From positions 1 through 48,487 of the IMG/VR virus record IMGVR_UViG_3300012862_000042: a stretch of 48,487 nucleotides of DNA. One strand, written 5' to 3'. Of this stretch, positions 20,087 through 29,130 are shown in pieces. Position 1 is the stretch's first letter. Each line of letters opens with the position of its first letter. Both the position numbers and the translations under genes were made by a program. The notes beneath the pieces were generated by a model. The model saw nothing but the letters and a program-made list of their open reading frames with translations, searched no databases and was not told the origin of the DNA. This DNA is from a virus (Duplodnaviria; Caudoviricetes).

Positions 20087-20484
20087 GCCTTTAAGTCCAA
20101 CCTCCGGTAGACTTCATAGAATGTCTTTTCCAATTGTTCCATAGTCAACCCGAATTTAATCGCATTAACGAGTTCACGTGATGGCATCTTTTCTCCACGG
20201 CAAACTGCAAGTGCGATAATATTTACGACAGGCGTGATATTGCTCTTGAGCAGTAAATTGATCTGATCAGTCTGATTCAGCTTCTTAAGAGCATCCTCCC
20301 CTACCATATCGAATAGTTGCGCTCCGATCAGCTCAACCTTTCCGTTGGGTTGACCTGCCACTGAAAGGGCAATTCGTCTCTTCAATCCTAATTTGCGACC
20401 TAACCAACCTCCGTAGCTAATTCGAACCGTGCCAATTTCGGTAGGCAGATCTGCAACCGCTTCGGCAATTTCTTTCTGTTTCAT
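20005..20484 (-). CDS. tail assembly chaperone (G)
   Basis: Between tail tube and TMP; contains slippery site. Confidence 0.75.
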   Translation of the reverse strand: MKQKEIAEAVADLPTEIGTVRISYGGWLGRKLGLKRRIALSVAGQPNGKVELIGAQLFDMVGEDALKKLNQTDQINLLLKSNITPVVNIIALAVCRGEKMPSRELVNAIKFGLTMEQLEKTFYEVYRRLDLKAFFGIMGFAKSLQLNLFQDQEVPSQES

Positions 20485-20573
20485 AAAGGGTGTTGAATCC
20501 TAAAATGGGTGAATTAAATAAACCCCTACTAGCCAACTAACCTTATGAAAAGATGGCGTTCGGGGCTATGTTT

Positions 20574-21119
20574 TTATGCTACTGCTTCTTTTTTGTAGGA
20601 CCAAGGAGGTAATTGATTTCCTGTTCCATCAACAACCGCTGTTGCCTCGGCTGTAAAGCCTAAAGCCATGAAGTCTGACCCAGACTTTGTCATTGCATTT
20701 TCAATCCTTGCTACAACTGATGCGTTAGGGATATTAAACACCAACTTAAAACCTCTTCTCGGTTGAGAGGTTACCCGTAATGCTAAATTTACAACGTTGG
20801 CACTGTTTATAGGTGCTTCGAATGTATCTGTAGCAGTCGATGCTGTAAGACCTTTGAATAGTAAATCCGCTTTCTTAGGATCCAAATCTAAAGACTTACC
20901 GGTCACGCTTGCTCCGTCACCTTCTTCTCCCACGATATCCCACACTCCAGATTTATCTTCGACAAAAATCTTTGTCAAATTTGGTTCTGGAATATTGAAG
21001 GAAACAGATCCGTCCTCAATGTCAACAATTTTGACATATCCAGTTGTTGGCATTGAACCATCTGCACTAACAGGTGCAAACTCAATGCTTTCAACTCCTT
21101 TTACTCTAAATTCTGCCAT
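20574..21119 (-). CDS. major tail tube protein
   Basis: 181 aa beta-rich; canonical position. Confidence 0.75.
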   Translation of the reverse strand: MAEFRVKGVESIEFAPVSADGSMPTTGYVKIVDIEDGSVSFNIPEPNLTKIFVEDKSGVWDIVGEEGDGASVTGKSLDLDPKKADLLFKGLTASTATDTFEAPINSANVVNLALRVTSQPRRGFKLVFNIPNASVVARIENAMTKSGSDFMALGFTAEATAVVDGTGNQLPPWSYKKEAVA

Positions 21120-21184
21120 AATATTCTTTATTACATATTAATTCAAGGCTGTACCCTCGATTAAATTTTGTTAATTATCCCAAT

Positions 21185-21222
21185 GCGTAAGGTCGCCACC
21201 GTTCGCGTAAGGTCGCCACCGT
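21185..21222. repeat. 18-bp tandem direct repeat GCGTAAGGTCGCCACCGT x2
   Basis: Exact copies at 21185-21202 and 21205-21222. Confidence 0.9.
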
Positions 21223-21235
21223 ACCGCACTTGCGG

Positions 21236-21670
21236 TTAAATATCTATTCTCAAGTAATTGTAATCAATTTGGATATTGTAAATCCAATCATTGCCGAAGT
21301 TTTCAAGCTTCCCAGGGTTTCGCAATCGGAGTGAAAAATCAAATCCCTCATGGAAATCCAAAATAGGCACGGCAATCGCTGCGAGCTCTAAAAACCGCGG
21401 GATATTTGGCTGGGTACGGTCCTGCGTACTCCCACCTTCACCATATTGCCCTTTCAAATTCGGTACATGGATATTCACATTGAGGATTCCCGACTGAAAT
21501 TGATCCCCATCCCAATAAAGGGTGTTGATTATTACATCCTCCTTGGTGCTGTTCAAAATCCGCATGTTGTGGCGAATCTGCCCAGTGATCATAGTAGGTA
21601 GCGCGGTCGAATCAAGCAACGCTTTTACATCCGCTTGGGCAATCAATGAAGTCTTTAATGATTTTTCCAT
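21236..21670 (-). CDS. tail terminator/completion protein
   Basis: EDVIIN...QSGILNVNIHVPN motif; synteny. Confidence 0.65.
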   Translation of the reverse strand: MEKSLKTSLIAQADVKALLDSTALPTMITGQIRHNMRILNSTKEDVIINTLYWDGDQFQSGILNVNIHVPNLKGQYGEGGSTQDRTQPNIPRFLELAAIAVPILDFHEGFDFSLRLRNPGKLENFGNDWIYNIQIDYNYLRIDI

Positions 21671-21682
21671 TTTCTCCCCTTG

Positions 21683-22141
21683 TTAAACCGACACCTCATT
21701 AAATGCTTGGTTCAATGATTTTTCAACCTCTTTGCTCGCGTCCGTAATCACGGAAAGACCGTGCCTACTTTCCACCCAACTAGCATATTCCATTCCTGCT
21801 ACTATGGTAATCCCCCATCCTTTGCTTTCGCGTAATTCTGCTAGCGCTTTCTTCCGTCCCTCATCAAGACCAGGAGTTTTATCAATTCCATATGGAGCCA
21901 ACTTGAAGTCCTCGTGCAGTACCTTCCCATCTCTGTAGATAATCCCACCTGTGGAAGAGCGTAATTGACCTGTATCATCGTTATAACCACCATCTGCACG
22001 CATCTTTGCCCGTTGGATATCCAATGCACGTTGTAGCACCCTTTTGAATGCTTCAAGTGTCTGTCTATCCATTTCATCGTATTGCTCCTTTAAGAGCGAA
22101 TCGATTTCCTGTGGTGTCATATCTGGTACAAGTCTGATCAT
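21683..22141 (-). CDS. neck protein (HK97 gp10-like)
   Basis: YNDDTGQLRSS and VAGMEYASWVE motifs. Confidence 0.8.
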   Translation of the reverse strand: MIRLVPDMTPQEIDSLLKEQYDEMDRQTLEAFKRVLQRALDIQRAKMRADGGYNDDTGQLRSSTGGIIYRDGKVLHEDFKLAPYGIDKTPGLDEGRKKALAELRESKGWGITIVAGMEYASWVESRHGLSVITDASKEVEKSLNQAFNEVSV

Positions 22142-22165
22142 ATTTCCTGCGCGCTACCCTACTGA

Positions 22166-22435
22166 TTAAATATACGCTACACAATGAAGCTGTCCTGGAT
22201 GGAAGACAATAACCTCTCCCCTTCCAATTTCATAACCTGATTTGTCCCTACCGATGATCAATTCACGTTGTATCAGTTTTGGAGAATCAACAGGTAAAGC
22301 AATCGTGAATTTCACCTCGATCTGCTTACCATCCTGCTCGTTCTTGATACCACTACCACGAGACCCGGGATAAAACCTACAAGGTATTTCCGTTCCATCT
22401 TCTCGTTCAAGTATATCAGGATATTGCTCAATCAT
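22166..22435 (-). CDS. head closure/stopper protein
   Basis: Synteny; 89 aa beta-rich. Confidence 0.55.
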   Translation of the reverse strand: MIEQYPDILEREDGTEIPCRFYPGSRGSGIKNEQDGKQIEVKFTIALPVDSPKLIQRELIIGRDKSGYEIGRGEVIVFHPGQLHCVAYI

Positions 22436-22437
22436 GA

Positions 22438-22764
22438 TTAATGGGTATTGCTTAAATCGGTGAAACTGCTGGTTGGGTCCTCGTCAATACCCCACTTTAG
22501 CAAAATGCGCCTGCGAATTGCAAGCAAAGCATCTGCATCCTGTTGGGTAAGCTGATAATCCAATTCCTTTACTGTCTTGGGCTGAGTAATAAGGAAGTCA
22601 ATCAAATCCGCACGCGATAAGTCCATTGCTCTGGTCTGTTCTTCGATTGATGTATCACGTGTTTCGCTAGGCGACAAACCGTGCTCTGATAATATTTCAT
22701 TGACCGTTGCATCAGGGAACTTATACCCCATCATCGACACTATGACTTCCTTTACTGTACTCAT
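22438..22764 (-). CDS. head-tail adaptor/connector
   Basis: Synteny; ATG 22764 (MSTVKE) preferred. Confidence 0.6.
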   Translation of the reverse strand: MSTVKEVIVSMMGYKFPDATVNEILSEHGLSPSETRDTSIEEQTRAMDLSRADLIDFLITQPKTVKELDYQLTQQDADALLAIRRRILLKWGIDEDPTSSFTDLSNTH

Positions 22765-22766
22765 CT

Positions 22767-23174
22767 TTATGCCTTCTTCACTAATCCTCGCTCGATACAA
22801 GTCTTTAAACGGTTCTCGTCAAAATGCGAAACATCGTCGCCTTCTTCCCATTTCTTACCGAAGTTGTCTTTGTCAGCAAATGTAGAAACCACTAAGTATT
22901 TACGTGATGCTTTGGGCGTTTTTTCTTCAGCTTTTTTAGCCTTCGCGGCTGCTTCTGTTTCCGCTTTTGCACGGGAATCAGCTTTTTCTTTGACGTCGGC
23001 AGGTAATTGAACCGTATCTTCAACCTTGATATTGTTTTTTGCCAATTCAGGATTATGTTTCAAATCTGATTCGGTCACAACATGATTGACTAATTCTGCC
23101 TGAGTTCCCTCACCTTGTGAAGGAGTTGGAGCAGCTGCTGCCGCTCCTTTTACCTCTTTCTTATCTTCTGCCAT
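22767..23174 (-). CDS. hypothetical head-module protein
   Basis: Follows capsid gene; Ala/Lys-rich linker. Confidence 0.65.
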   Translation of the reverse strand: MAEDKKEVKGAAAAAPTPSQGEGTQAELVNHVVTESDLKHNPELAKNNIKVEDTVQLPADVKEKADSRAKAETEAAAKAKKAEEKTPKASRKYLVVSTFADKDNFGKKWEEGDDVSHFDENRLKTCIERGLVKKA

Positions 23175-24256
23175 TATGCTTGGACTTCTTTAGAGTTCAA
23201 TAAATAAATGGAATCTGGATCATCCAATACAGGTAATACTAAAGCTTGAGAGCTCGTGAACTCTGCTAATGGGTCTACCTTATGGTATTTGGACAACAAG
23301 ATGTACCCATCAACTTTTTGGTAATCTACTTGCTTAGCTGGATGAACTTCCTCCGCTAATTGACCGTAAACCAAGCGGCCTACTTGTTCATTCGTCAGGA
23401 ATGTTACAGCACCATCTACCCAAGGTTTAATCGCAGTTTGAACGCCGTTCTTTTCAAATCTCACGGCACGGTCGATAACCTTAATAGAAACACCGTAATT
23501 TTCATTCAACGCCTCATTAACCTGTTTCAAGGTAGGCACAGGAATACTTGCGCCAGCGAAACCGATGTTTGCAGCAAACAATTGCAAAACCTGATTCGAT
23601 TTTTTGAAGTTGTTGAAGGCTGTTTTGTCCATGTAAATAACAGTGATGTTATTTCCATCGGTCGAAGCCTTGTCAAAAACTCGCTCTAAATCCGTGATAG
23701 GAGTCGAAGTTGCTGGATCGGACCATAAAACCGATACGCCAAATTTATTGGCGGTTGGCACTCCGTAATCCACCCTGATTCCTGTACCAACATTATTGGC
23801 ATCAGGAACTAATGCAATACCGCTTGATAGAGCTTGCAAGAAAATATTTTCAGCTTGCTCATACACACCATAAATTGCTTTCTTGGTGTCTGCGAATAAC
23901 TTGCTTATGAAAGACTCCTGTTGTCCCTTCATATTTCTAAGAATATTAAGGTCAGTCATCGTTCTTTCATTAAGGGCAAGTTTCATCCCTAGTTTGGGAA
24001 TATCTCCACTTCCCAACGTGATAGTATCACGCTTTTTCAATGGTAATGGTGAATCCATCGCAACAACGTCAGCCGCTACGATTGTTCCATTACTTGAAAG
24101 ATTTTCCCACTTAAGATTGGTAGAGAAATCTTTTTTTAACATCGTTTTGTGTAGGTAAGTAGGATCATCCTTTTTACCATTTACAAGTGAAACGATTTTA
24201 TCGGCAATAGGCTTCCAAAGCTTATCTACCCATTCTTTAAATAATGATTTTTCCAT
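23174..24256 (-). CDS. major capsid protein (lambda gpE-like)
   Basis: 360 aa; AADVVAMDSPLPLKKR, GDIPKLG, RVDYG; follows decoration gene. Confidence 0.9.
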   Translation of the reverse strand: MEKSLFKEWVDKLWKPIADKIVSLVNGKKDDPTYLHKTMLKKDFSTNLKWENLSSNGTIVAADVVAMDSPLPLKKRDTITLGSGDIPKLGMKLALNERTMTDLNILRNMKGQQESFISKLFADTKKAIYGVYEQAENIFLQALSSGIALVPDANNVGTGIRVDYGVPTANKFGVSVLWSDPATSTPITDLERVFDKASTDGNNITVIYMDKTAFNNFKKSNQVLQLFAANIGFAGASIPVPTLKQVNEALNENYGVSIKVIDRAVRFEKNGVQTAIKPWVDGAVTFLTNEQVGRLVYGQLAEEVHPAKQVDYQKVDGYILLSKYHKVDPLAEFTSSQALVLPVLDDPDSIYLLNSKEVQA

Positions 24257-24263
24257 TCTCTAC

Positions 24264-24653
24264 TTAGTCTTGCTCAAATCTGATTAATGGCAACGCAGTT
24301 TTTACCGCCGTCAAAATAGAAGCGATTGTATATGTCGAAGCCGCTGGATTAACTGTTCCTCTTACCATAATGCCTGCAAATGGTTGCGCGGTCTGAATGG
24401 TTGCTACTAATACCCCTGCGTAAGTATGATCAGCAGGTAAAGCCGCATAAGCTGTTCCGCTTACAGGCATTGGCTTGTAATTCCCGGATGCATCCTTAAT
24501 AAGGATGTGCCCTGCAGGAATTGTTGCTGGAGTAAAGCCTGTAACGTCAAGCGTTCTTCCGCCAGGTACTCCTTCCAAATATTCTACGATAACGATCCCA
24601 TCGTTGCCGTTAGAAATCTCTTTTCCTTCTCTGTTTAAATTTGCTACTGGCAT
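24264..24653 (-). CDS. head decoration protein
   Basis: PGGRTLDVTG...IPAGH; position before capsid gene. Confidence 0.7.
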   Translation of the reverse strand: MPVANLNREGKEISNGNDGIVIVEYLEGVPGGRTLDVTGFTPATIPAGHILIKDASGNYKPMPVSGTAYAALPADHTYAGVLVATIQTAQPFAGIMVRGTVNPAASTYTIASILTAVKTALPLIRFEQD

Positions 24654-24656
24654 GTT

Positions 24657-25295
24657 TTATAAATTACTTACAATACTGTCCACTGTTGCATCAGATACTT
24701 GTCCTTTAGCATCTGAAATCCCCAAAAACGGCGCATCTTTCCCCAATGAACTTTCAGCCTGTGTCTGAACGTGAGCAGCGTAATCAGATTCAACATGTCC
24801 GAGGAACTCCCCGAAAGCGTTATCGTCTGCGAAATTCATGTAACCGAAGTCACGCACTACTTTCGCTTTGTAATCCTCACTTGCTCCATCCAATTTTGCT
24901 AGGATTGCTGTTTTGCGGTCGGTTACGAGTTTCTCGCCTTTCAACGCAGATACCGTTTCGGTCATCGCCTTTTGCCCATCGATTAGCGCTTTTGCCCAAG
25001 CAGGAATTTCATCGTCTTTCACTTCTTCTTTCTTAGATTCCTCAACTTTGGTTTCCACTTTGGTTTCAGGTTTCTTCTTCGCTTCCGCTTCCAAGGATCT
25101 CATGCGATCATCATCGCTTTTAATGGTTGTAAAGGGATAACCCTCGTTCCATGCTTCCAACTTTGCCAATAACCCAGCTTCATCCGTCACTTTTCCTTCC
25201 GCTTGCTTCGCAAACTGTTCAATCCTTGCATCTGAAAGTACCACGCCCCCAAACTTTGCCTGAAGTAGTGTCTTGATTGATTCTTTGATATTCAT
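24657..25295 (-). CDS. capsid scaffolding protein
   Basis: Charged helical protein with IPAWAKAL motif, upstream of decoration and capsid genes. Confidence 0.7.
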   Translation of the reverse strand: MNIKESIKTLLQAKFGGVVLSDARIEQFAKQAEGKVTDEAGLLAKLEAWNEGYPFTTIKSDDDRMRSLEAEAKKKPETKVETKVEESKKEEVKDDEIPAWAKALIDGQKAMTETVSALKGEKLVTDRKTAILAKLDGASEDYKAKVVRDFGYMNFADDNAFGEFLGHVESDYAAHVQTQAESSLGKDAPFLGISDAKGQVSDATVDSIVSNL

Positions 25296-25388
25296 CCGTT
25301 CTTATTTTTTTTAGTAATAGCCCGATCAGGATGGCCGTCCATCACAGTTTATGCCCAAATGGTGAAGTGCTACCTCGCACTAGACCTT

Positions 25389-25454
25389 GTTTCCAAAATT
25401 AGCGCATATGCAACTTTTGTTAAAATCGAATGAGTGAACAATAGCGACTGTTCA
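25389..25454 (-). promoter_or_regulatory. putative late promoter with upstream palindromic operator
   Basis: -7 box TAATTTTG (25401-25394); TGAACA-N8-TGTTCA at 25435-25454, same spacing as at 19630/19671. Confidence 0.65.
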
Positions 25455-25497
25455 TTAAACGTATTGAAAGTGATATATTTGTCAAAAACCAATCAGC

Positions 25498-26088
25498 ATG
25501 AGATCAGTAATTATACTTTTTATAACAACTTTACTTTCTTTTACCGTATTTGCCCAAGAGAAAAAGGATTTTGGGAAAAATACAGGATACGTTTATGTGA
25601 AGGTAAATGGAGTCCATCCCGACTCATTGCTGATGGAGGATGGAGATGTTAAGATTATAATCGGAAAGATTGGTAGTACATATGTTGATCCTATCATTAC
25701 CAATAAAACGGATGGGATGATGTATGTTGACTATAACAACAGCTACTTTGTGATTGATGGAAAAACTGCTGAAATGGTTCCAGGAAAAACTTATATGAAA
25801 GATGTAAATACAGAAATCAAGAACGATAAGATTGCACCCGGTACTCAATTAAATCCCTCATTGGTTTCTCCATTCGATAACGGATCGGGGGTAAGTGGCG
25901 TTACGGGATTGTTCAATGATTATAGGACTAAGAAAGTATATAAAGAAACAGGTAAGCCTGCAAATGAAAAGATGGTGCTGGTTATCCTGAAAGATGACGG
26001 ATCAAAGATTACCAAGGAGTTCAATTTTGAGGTCATGTCCGCTATGGATGTTGATAAGATCGTAAGGGCGGCAAAGAAAAAGAGGTAG
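25498..26088 (+). CDS. exported protein (moron)
   Basis: Sec signal ending VFA-Q; TATATTTG box at 25474. Confidence 0.75.
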   Translation: MRSVIILFITTLLSFTVFAQEKKDFGKNTGYVYVKVNGVHPDSLLMEDGDVKIIIGKIGSTYVDPIITNKTDGMMYVDYNNSYFVIDGKTAEMVPGKTYMKDVNTEIKNDKIAPGTQLNPSLVSPFDNGSGVSGVTGLFNDYRTKKVYKETGKPANEKMVLVILKDDGSKITKEFNFEVMSAMDVDKIVRAAKKKR

Positions 26089-26322
26089 GGTGATTACATA
26101 GTTTTGATATGTTTAATTTTTGAAATAAATATTAAATAAAGATGCTGGAATCAGAATTATTAATTGATTTTTTTAAAAATTTATAAGAAATAAAAATTAA
26201 AAAAATGCGTCTTTTAGTAAACTAAATTTTAAATAAAATTAAGATGATAAAATTAACATTATGTATTTTATGTTAATAACTTAGTTGAGTCGTTAAAAAT
26301 TATAAAAATAAAACCTAAAATT

Positions 26323-27357
26323 ATGGCAATAAAAATCGTTTATTTTAATCACAAAGGAGGGGTAAGCAAGACTACCACTACCTACAATTTAGGATGGAAA
26401 CTCGCGGAAATGGGGAAAAGAGTTTTATTAGTAGATGCAGATCCTCAGTGCAATCTAACTGCGCTAATTTTATCTGATGATTTTGAGCCATATTATTTTA
26501 ATGAAGAAACAAGGACACAGAATATTAAAGATGGGGTTAAAGTTGCTTTTGAAGGAAAGCCTCAAGAAATTTCTGCAGTTAAATGTACGTTTGCGCCTAG
26601 AAATCCAAACCTGTTTCTTTTAGCTGGACATGCGAATTTATCAGAGTATGATGCCTCACTTAGTTTTGCACAAACTTCAAATAACACATTGGCTACTCTC
26701 CAAAACTTGCCTGGAGCATTTAACTACCTAATTAATAGAACTGCTGAAAAATACAATATTGATTACGTTTTTATAGATTTAAATCCAGGTTTAAGTGCTA
26801 TTAATCAAAACCTATTTGTGATGTCTGATTATTTTGTTGTGCCTACTAATCCAGATCCGTTTTCAATAATGGCTCTAAACACTCTAGTCAATATTCTTCC
26901 TAAATGGAAAGATTGGGTGGATAGAATGAGGCCTTTTTTCACAGATGCAGCTTACCCTCTTCCAGAATCTTCCCCTAAACTTATTGGAGCGTTAATTCAA
27001 AGATTTAACATTCGTAAAGGTAAAGCGGCAAGACCATATAGGGAAAATATTCAAGAGATAAAAAACACCATTAAAGAAAAACTTGTTCCAACGTTTAAAT
27101 TAAATGGAATGATGGCGCCAGATGAGGCATATGAACAATCTGACCTAATACCTGAATATTGCCTCGCTGAAATACCAGATTTTCAAGGGTTATTGCCTAA
27201 GGCCAGTGAAGCAGGAGTTCCAGTATTCGCATTACAAGACGATGAGATTCACGAAACTGGACCAGTTAAAGAGGGAATGATTGAAAGAAGGGACACTTTT
27301 AATCATTTATTCACTGAAATAGCATCAAAAATAATATCTGTTGTCGAAAATGAATAA
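26323..27357 (+). CDS. ParA/Soj-family ATPase
   Basis: Deviant Walker [18 protein letters not shown], Walker B FIDLNP. Confidence 0.92.
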   Translation: MAIKIVYFNHKGGVSKTTTTYNLGWKLAEMGKRVLLVDADPQCNLTALILSDDFEPYYFNEETRTQNIKDGVKVAFEGKPQEISAVKCTFAPRNPNLFLLAGHANLSEYDASLSFAQTSNNTLATLQNLPGAFNYLINRTAEKYNIDYVFIDLNPGLSAINQNLFVMSDYFVVPTNPDPFSIMALNTLVNILPKWKDWVDRMRPFFTDAAYPLPESSPKLIGALIQRFNIRKGKAARPYRENIQEIKNTIKEKLVPTFKLNGMMAPDEAYEQSDLIPEYCLAEIPDFQGLLPKASEAGVPVFALQDDEIHETGPVKEGMIERRDTFNHLFTEIASKIISVVENE

Positions 27358-27958
27358 TGCGTTTCAACAATTTCAGCAAAATATTAGATCTTGCAATGAA
27401 TTAATGGCATTATACGATCATTTAGTATTCCATTTACTTCTACCTAATGATTTAAGTGATTTACTTAGATCACAATTTGTAAATAGTATTAGCGCTTTAG
27501 ATAGGTTAATTCATGAATTCATAAGAATAGGTGCTGTCCAAACGTTTGTTGGTACACGTCCAAGAACACCGAAATTTGAATCATTCTCCATCTCTTTAAA
27601 TACATATTTTAATTGCTTAAATAATCCATTCCCGTCCACAGAATATTGGTTTGAGCAAGAAGTAATATTAAGAAATAAACACCTTTCTTTTCAGGATCCG
27701 GAAAAAATTTCTGAGGGTTTAAGTTTAATATGGATTGAAACTCACAAATGGGCGGTAATATCTAATAGAATGGGTATAAATGAAAGAACTCTTAAAACTA
27801 GACTAAAAACAATTGTTTCTCGAAGGAATCAAATTGTTCATGAAGCTGATATAAATCCGGTAACAAATACTTTATCTCCTATTGACAGATCAGAAGTGCA
27901 AGATACAGTAACTTTTATTCATTCCCTTGGATCGGCTATTTATCAGTCAGTTATTTAA
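27350..27958 (+). CDS. HEPN-domain protein (RiboL-PSP-HEPN-like RNase)
   Basis: RRNQIVH (R-x4-H), [13 protein letters not shown]...SALD; start overlaps ParA stop. Confidence 0.8.
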   Translation: MNNAFQQFQQNIRSCNELMALYDHLVFHLLLPNDLSDLLRSQFVNSISALDRLIHEFIRIGAVQTFVGTRPRTPKFESFSISLNTYFNCLNNPFPSTEYWFEQEVILRNKHLSFQDPEKISEGLSLIWIETHKWAVISNRMGINERTLKTRLKTIVSRRNQIVHEADINPVTNTLSPIDRSEVQDTVTFIHSLGSAIYQSVI

Positions 27959-28001
27959 GCTATAAAATCCAAAATAATTAAATCAAATTAACTATTTATT
28001 A

Positions 28002-28217
28002 ATGCCAAGAAAGCGAAAACCATATAATCCTAACACCAAGTATGGCAGAAGGAAAATGAGAGAACAGTATTATGAAAGACGGGCAAATATGACGAGCGAA
28101 GAAAAGTTCGAAAACGACTCTATGTCTTGCTTATTTGCTGTCATTATTTTAGTTGTGATTGGAGGATTGATATTTCTTGTAGGCGGATCTGATGCTTTAT
28201 TGCGATGGCTTAAATAG
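28002..28217 (+). CDS. small membrane protein with basic N-terminus
   Basis: 71 aa; C-terminal TM. Confidence 0.65.
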   Translation: MPRKRKPYNPNTKYGRRKMREQYYERRANMTSEEKFENDSMSCLFAVIILVVIGGLIFLVGGSDALLRWLK

Positions 28218-28253
28218 GCTTCTTCACATTATCCATCTGAAATCTATCATCAA

Positions 28254-28281
28254 CCCCTTCCTTAATTGGTAGGGGCTTTTT
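28254..28281 (+). terminator. Rho-independent terminator
   Basis: CCCCTTCC/GGTAGGGG + TTTTT. Confidence 0.6.
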
Positions 28282-28411
28282 ATTTCACCCTCGGTAACTT
28301 CTTCCTATCATAAAGCTCCTTGCGTTTCTTGCGAGGTTGCGGATCGTCTTTGTCTGTGCAGCCCTGCATGATGAGCAGAGCCAGGAGGGCGAGTGTTAGT
28401 AGTTTTTTCAT
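28280..28411 (-). CDS. 43 aa lipoprotein (MKKLLTLALLALLIMQGC-TDKDDPQP...)
   Basis: Read manually; lipobox-like QGC followed by acidic residues. Confidence 0.6.
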   Translation of the reverse strand: MKKLLTLALLALLIMQGCTDKDDPQPRKKRKELYDRKKLPRVK

Positions 28412-28423
28412 GTTCTTTCGGTT

Positions 28424-28507
28424 TTAAAAATTATTAGGTGTTGGTGTATCGTCCGACCATGTCAGATACAATACGATAGCGAATGTTGTAAGTACTAGTG
28501 TTGTCAT
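28424..28507 (-). CDS. 27 aa single-TM peptide (MTTLVLTTFAIVLYLTWSDDTPTPNNF)
   Basis: Read manually; in tandem with the lipoprotein gene. Confidence 0.4.
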   Translation of the reverse strand: MTTLVLTTFAIVLYLTWSDDTPTPNNF

Positions 28508-28655
28508 GGCACTGTGTTGTCTTCAAAAAATCCCCCTCACTGCCTTAGATCGGGGGATCTAACCAAACCAAATTGCCCACGCTGGGCGTATACTTACCCA
28601 AAGCAGGAATAAAGAACGATTTGAAACCAATCCTGCTTGGGGTTGTATGTCTTTC

Positions 28656-28940
28656 AAAAATGGGTTGATGAAGCTCAACCCTAAAAGCTTGATTAGGCTG
28701 CAAGTCTAACTTGCGGTCTATTCATTTGTAAAACGTTGCCGTTTATCGTTGTAAAGCACTCTACAATACCTATTCACGTCATGTCAAATCCAAGCACCCC
28801 CAATGGCGAATGTAGGCCGTAGCATTTGGCTACTGTTACACCTTATGGCTACCTACTGAAAGCTACGATTAGCTTATCTGTGGAGGTGGAGGGGGTCGAA
28901 CCCTCGTCCATTTACGTCTTACTATATTGTGTCAATGTAC
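28656..28940 (-). ncRNA. ssrA: circularly permuted (two-piece) tmRNA: acceptor piece about 28940-28881, spacer 28880-28802, coding piece 28801-28656
   Basis: GGGGGTG/CACCTCC-A acceptor with G3:U70; GGATTTGAC D-loop; GAGGG-TTCGACC-CCCTC T-arm; P2 pairing ACGT/ACGT and TATTGT/ACAATA; ATAAAC-GGC resume site with tag GNVLQMNRPQVRLAA-TAA (28740-28693); terminator GGGTTGA/TCAACCC-ATTTTT. Confidence 0.9.
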
Positions 28941-28944
28941 TTAG

Positions 28945-29051
28945 CGGAGCAGGTGGGAATCGAACACCACGCAACCAACATAATCACACAACCTCAAGGG
29001 AATCATCCTTTCAGTTTTACGAGCGACTAACCTCAATGTGACCACTGCTCC
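28945..29051 (-). ncRNA. 107-nt tRNA-like RNA (non-canonical centre)
   Basis: Acceptor GGAGCAG/CTGCTCC; T-arm GTGG(T)G-TTCGATT-CCCAC; no canonical D or anticodon arm. Confidence 0.65.
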
Positions 29052-29130
29052 AAGCTGCACGTCTTTCCGTGCTTGTCAATCAAAACCGCTATCAATTGAT
29101 TAGCAAATAGTTTTGATGCGCATTTTTTAA

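Noticed and set aside
26323-27357. Plasmid-prophage partition system
   Set aside because: No parB or parS seen; the coupled partner is a HEPN protein
28881-28910. tmRNA/tRNA 3' fragment as an attL/attR scar
   Set aside because: The complementary 5' half, P2 helix, tag ORF and terminator are all present, and the site is internal to the phage
28826-29041. 71-aa + strand ORF
   Set aside because: Antisense shadow of the tmRNA and tRNA-like RNAs (VEVEGVEPSS and GAGGNRT are typical reverse-tRNA translations)
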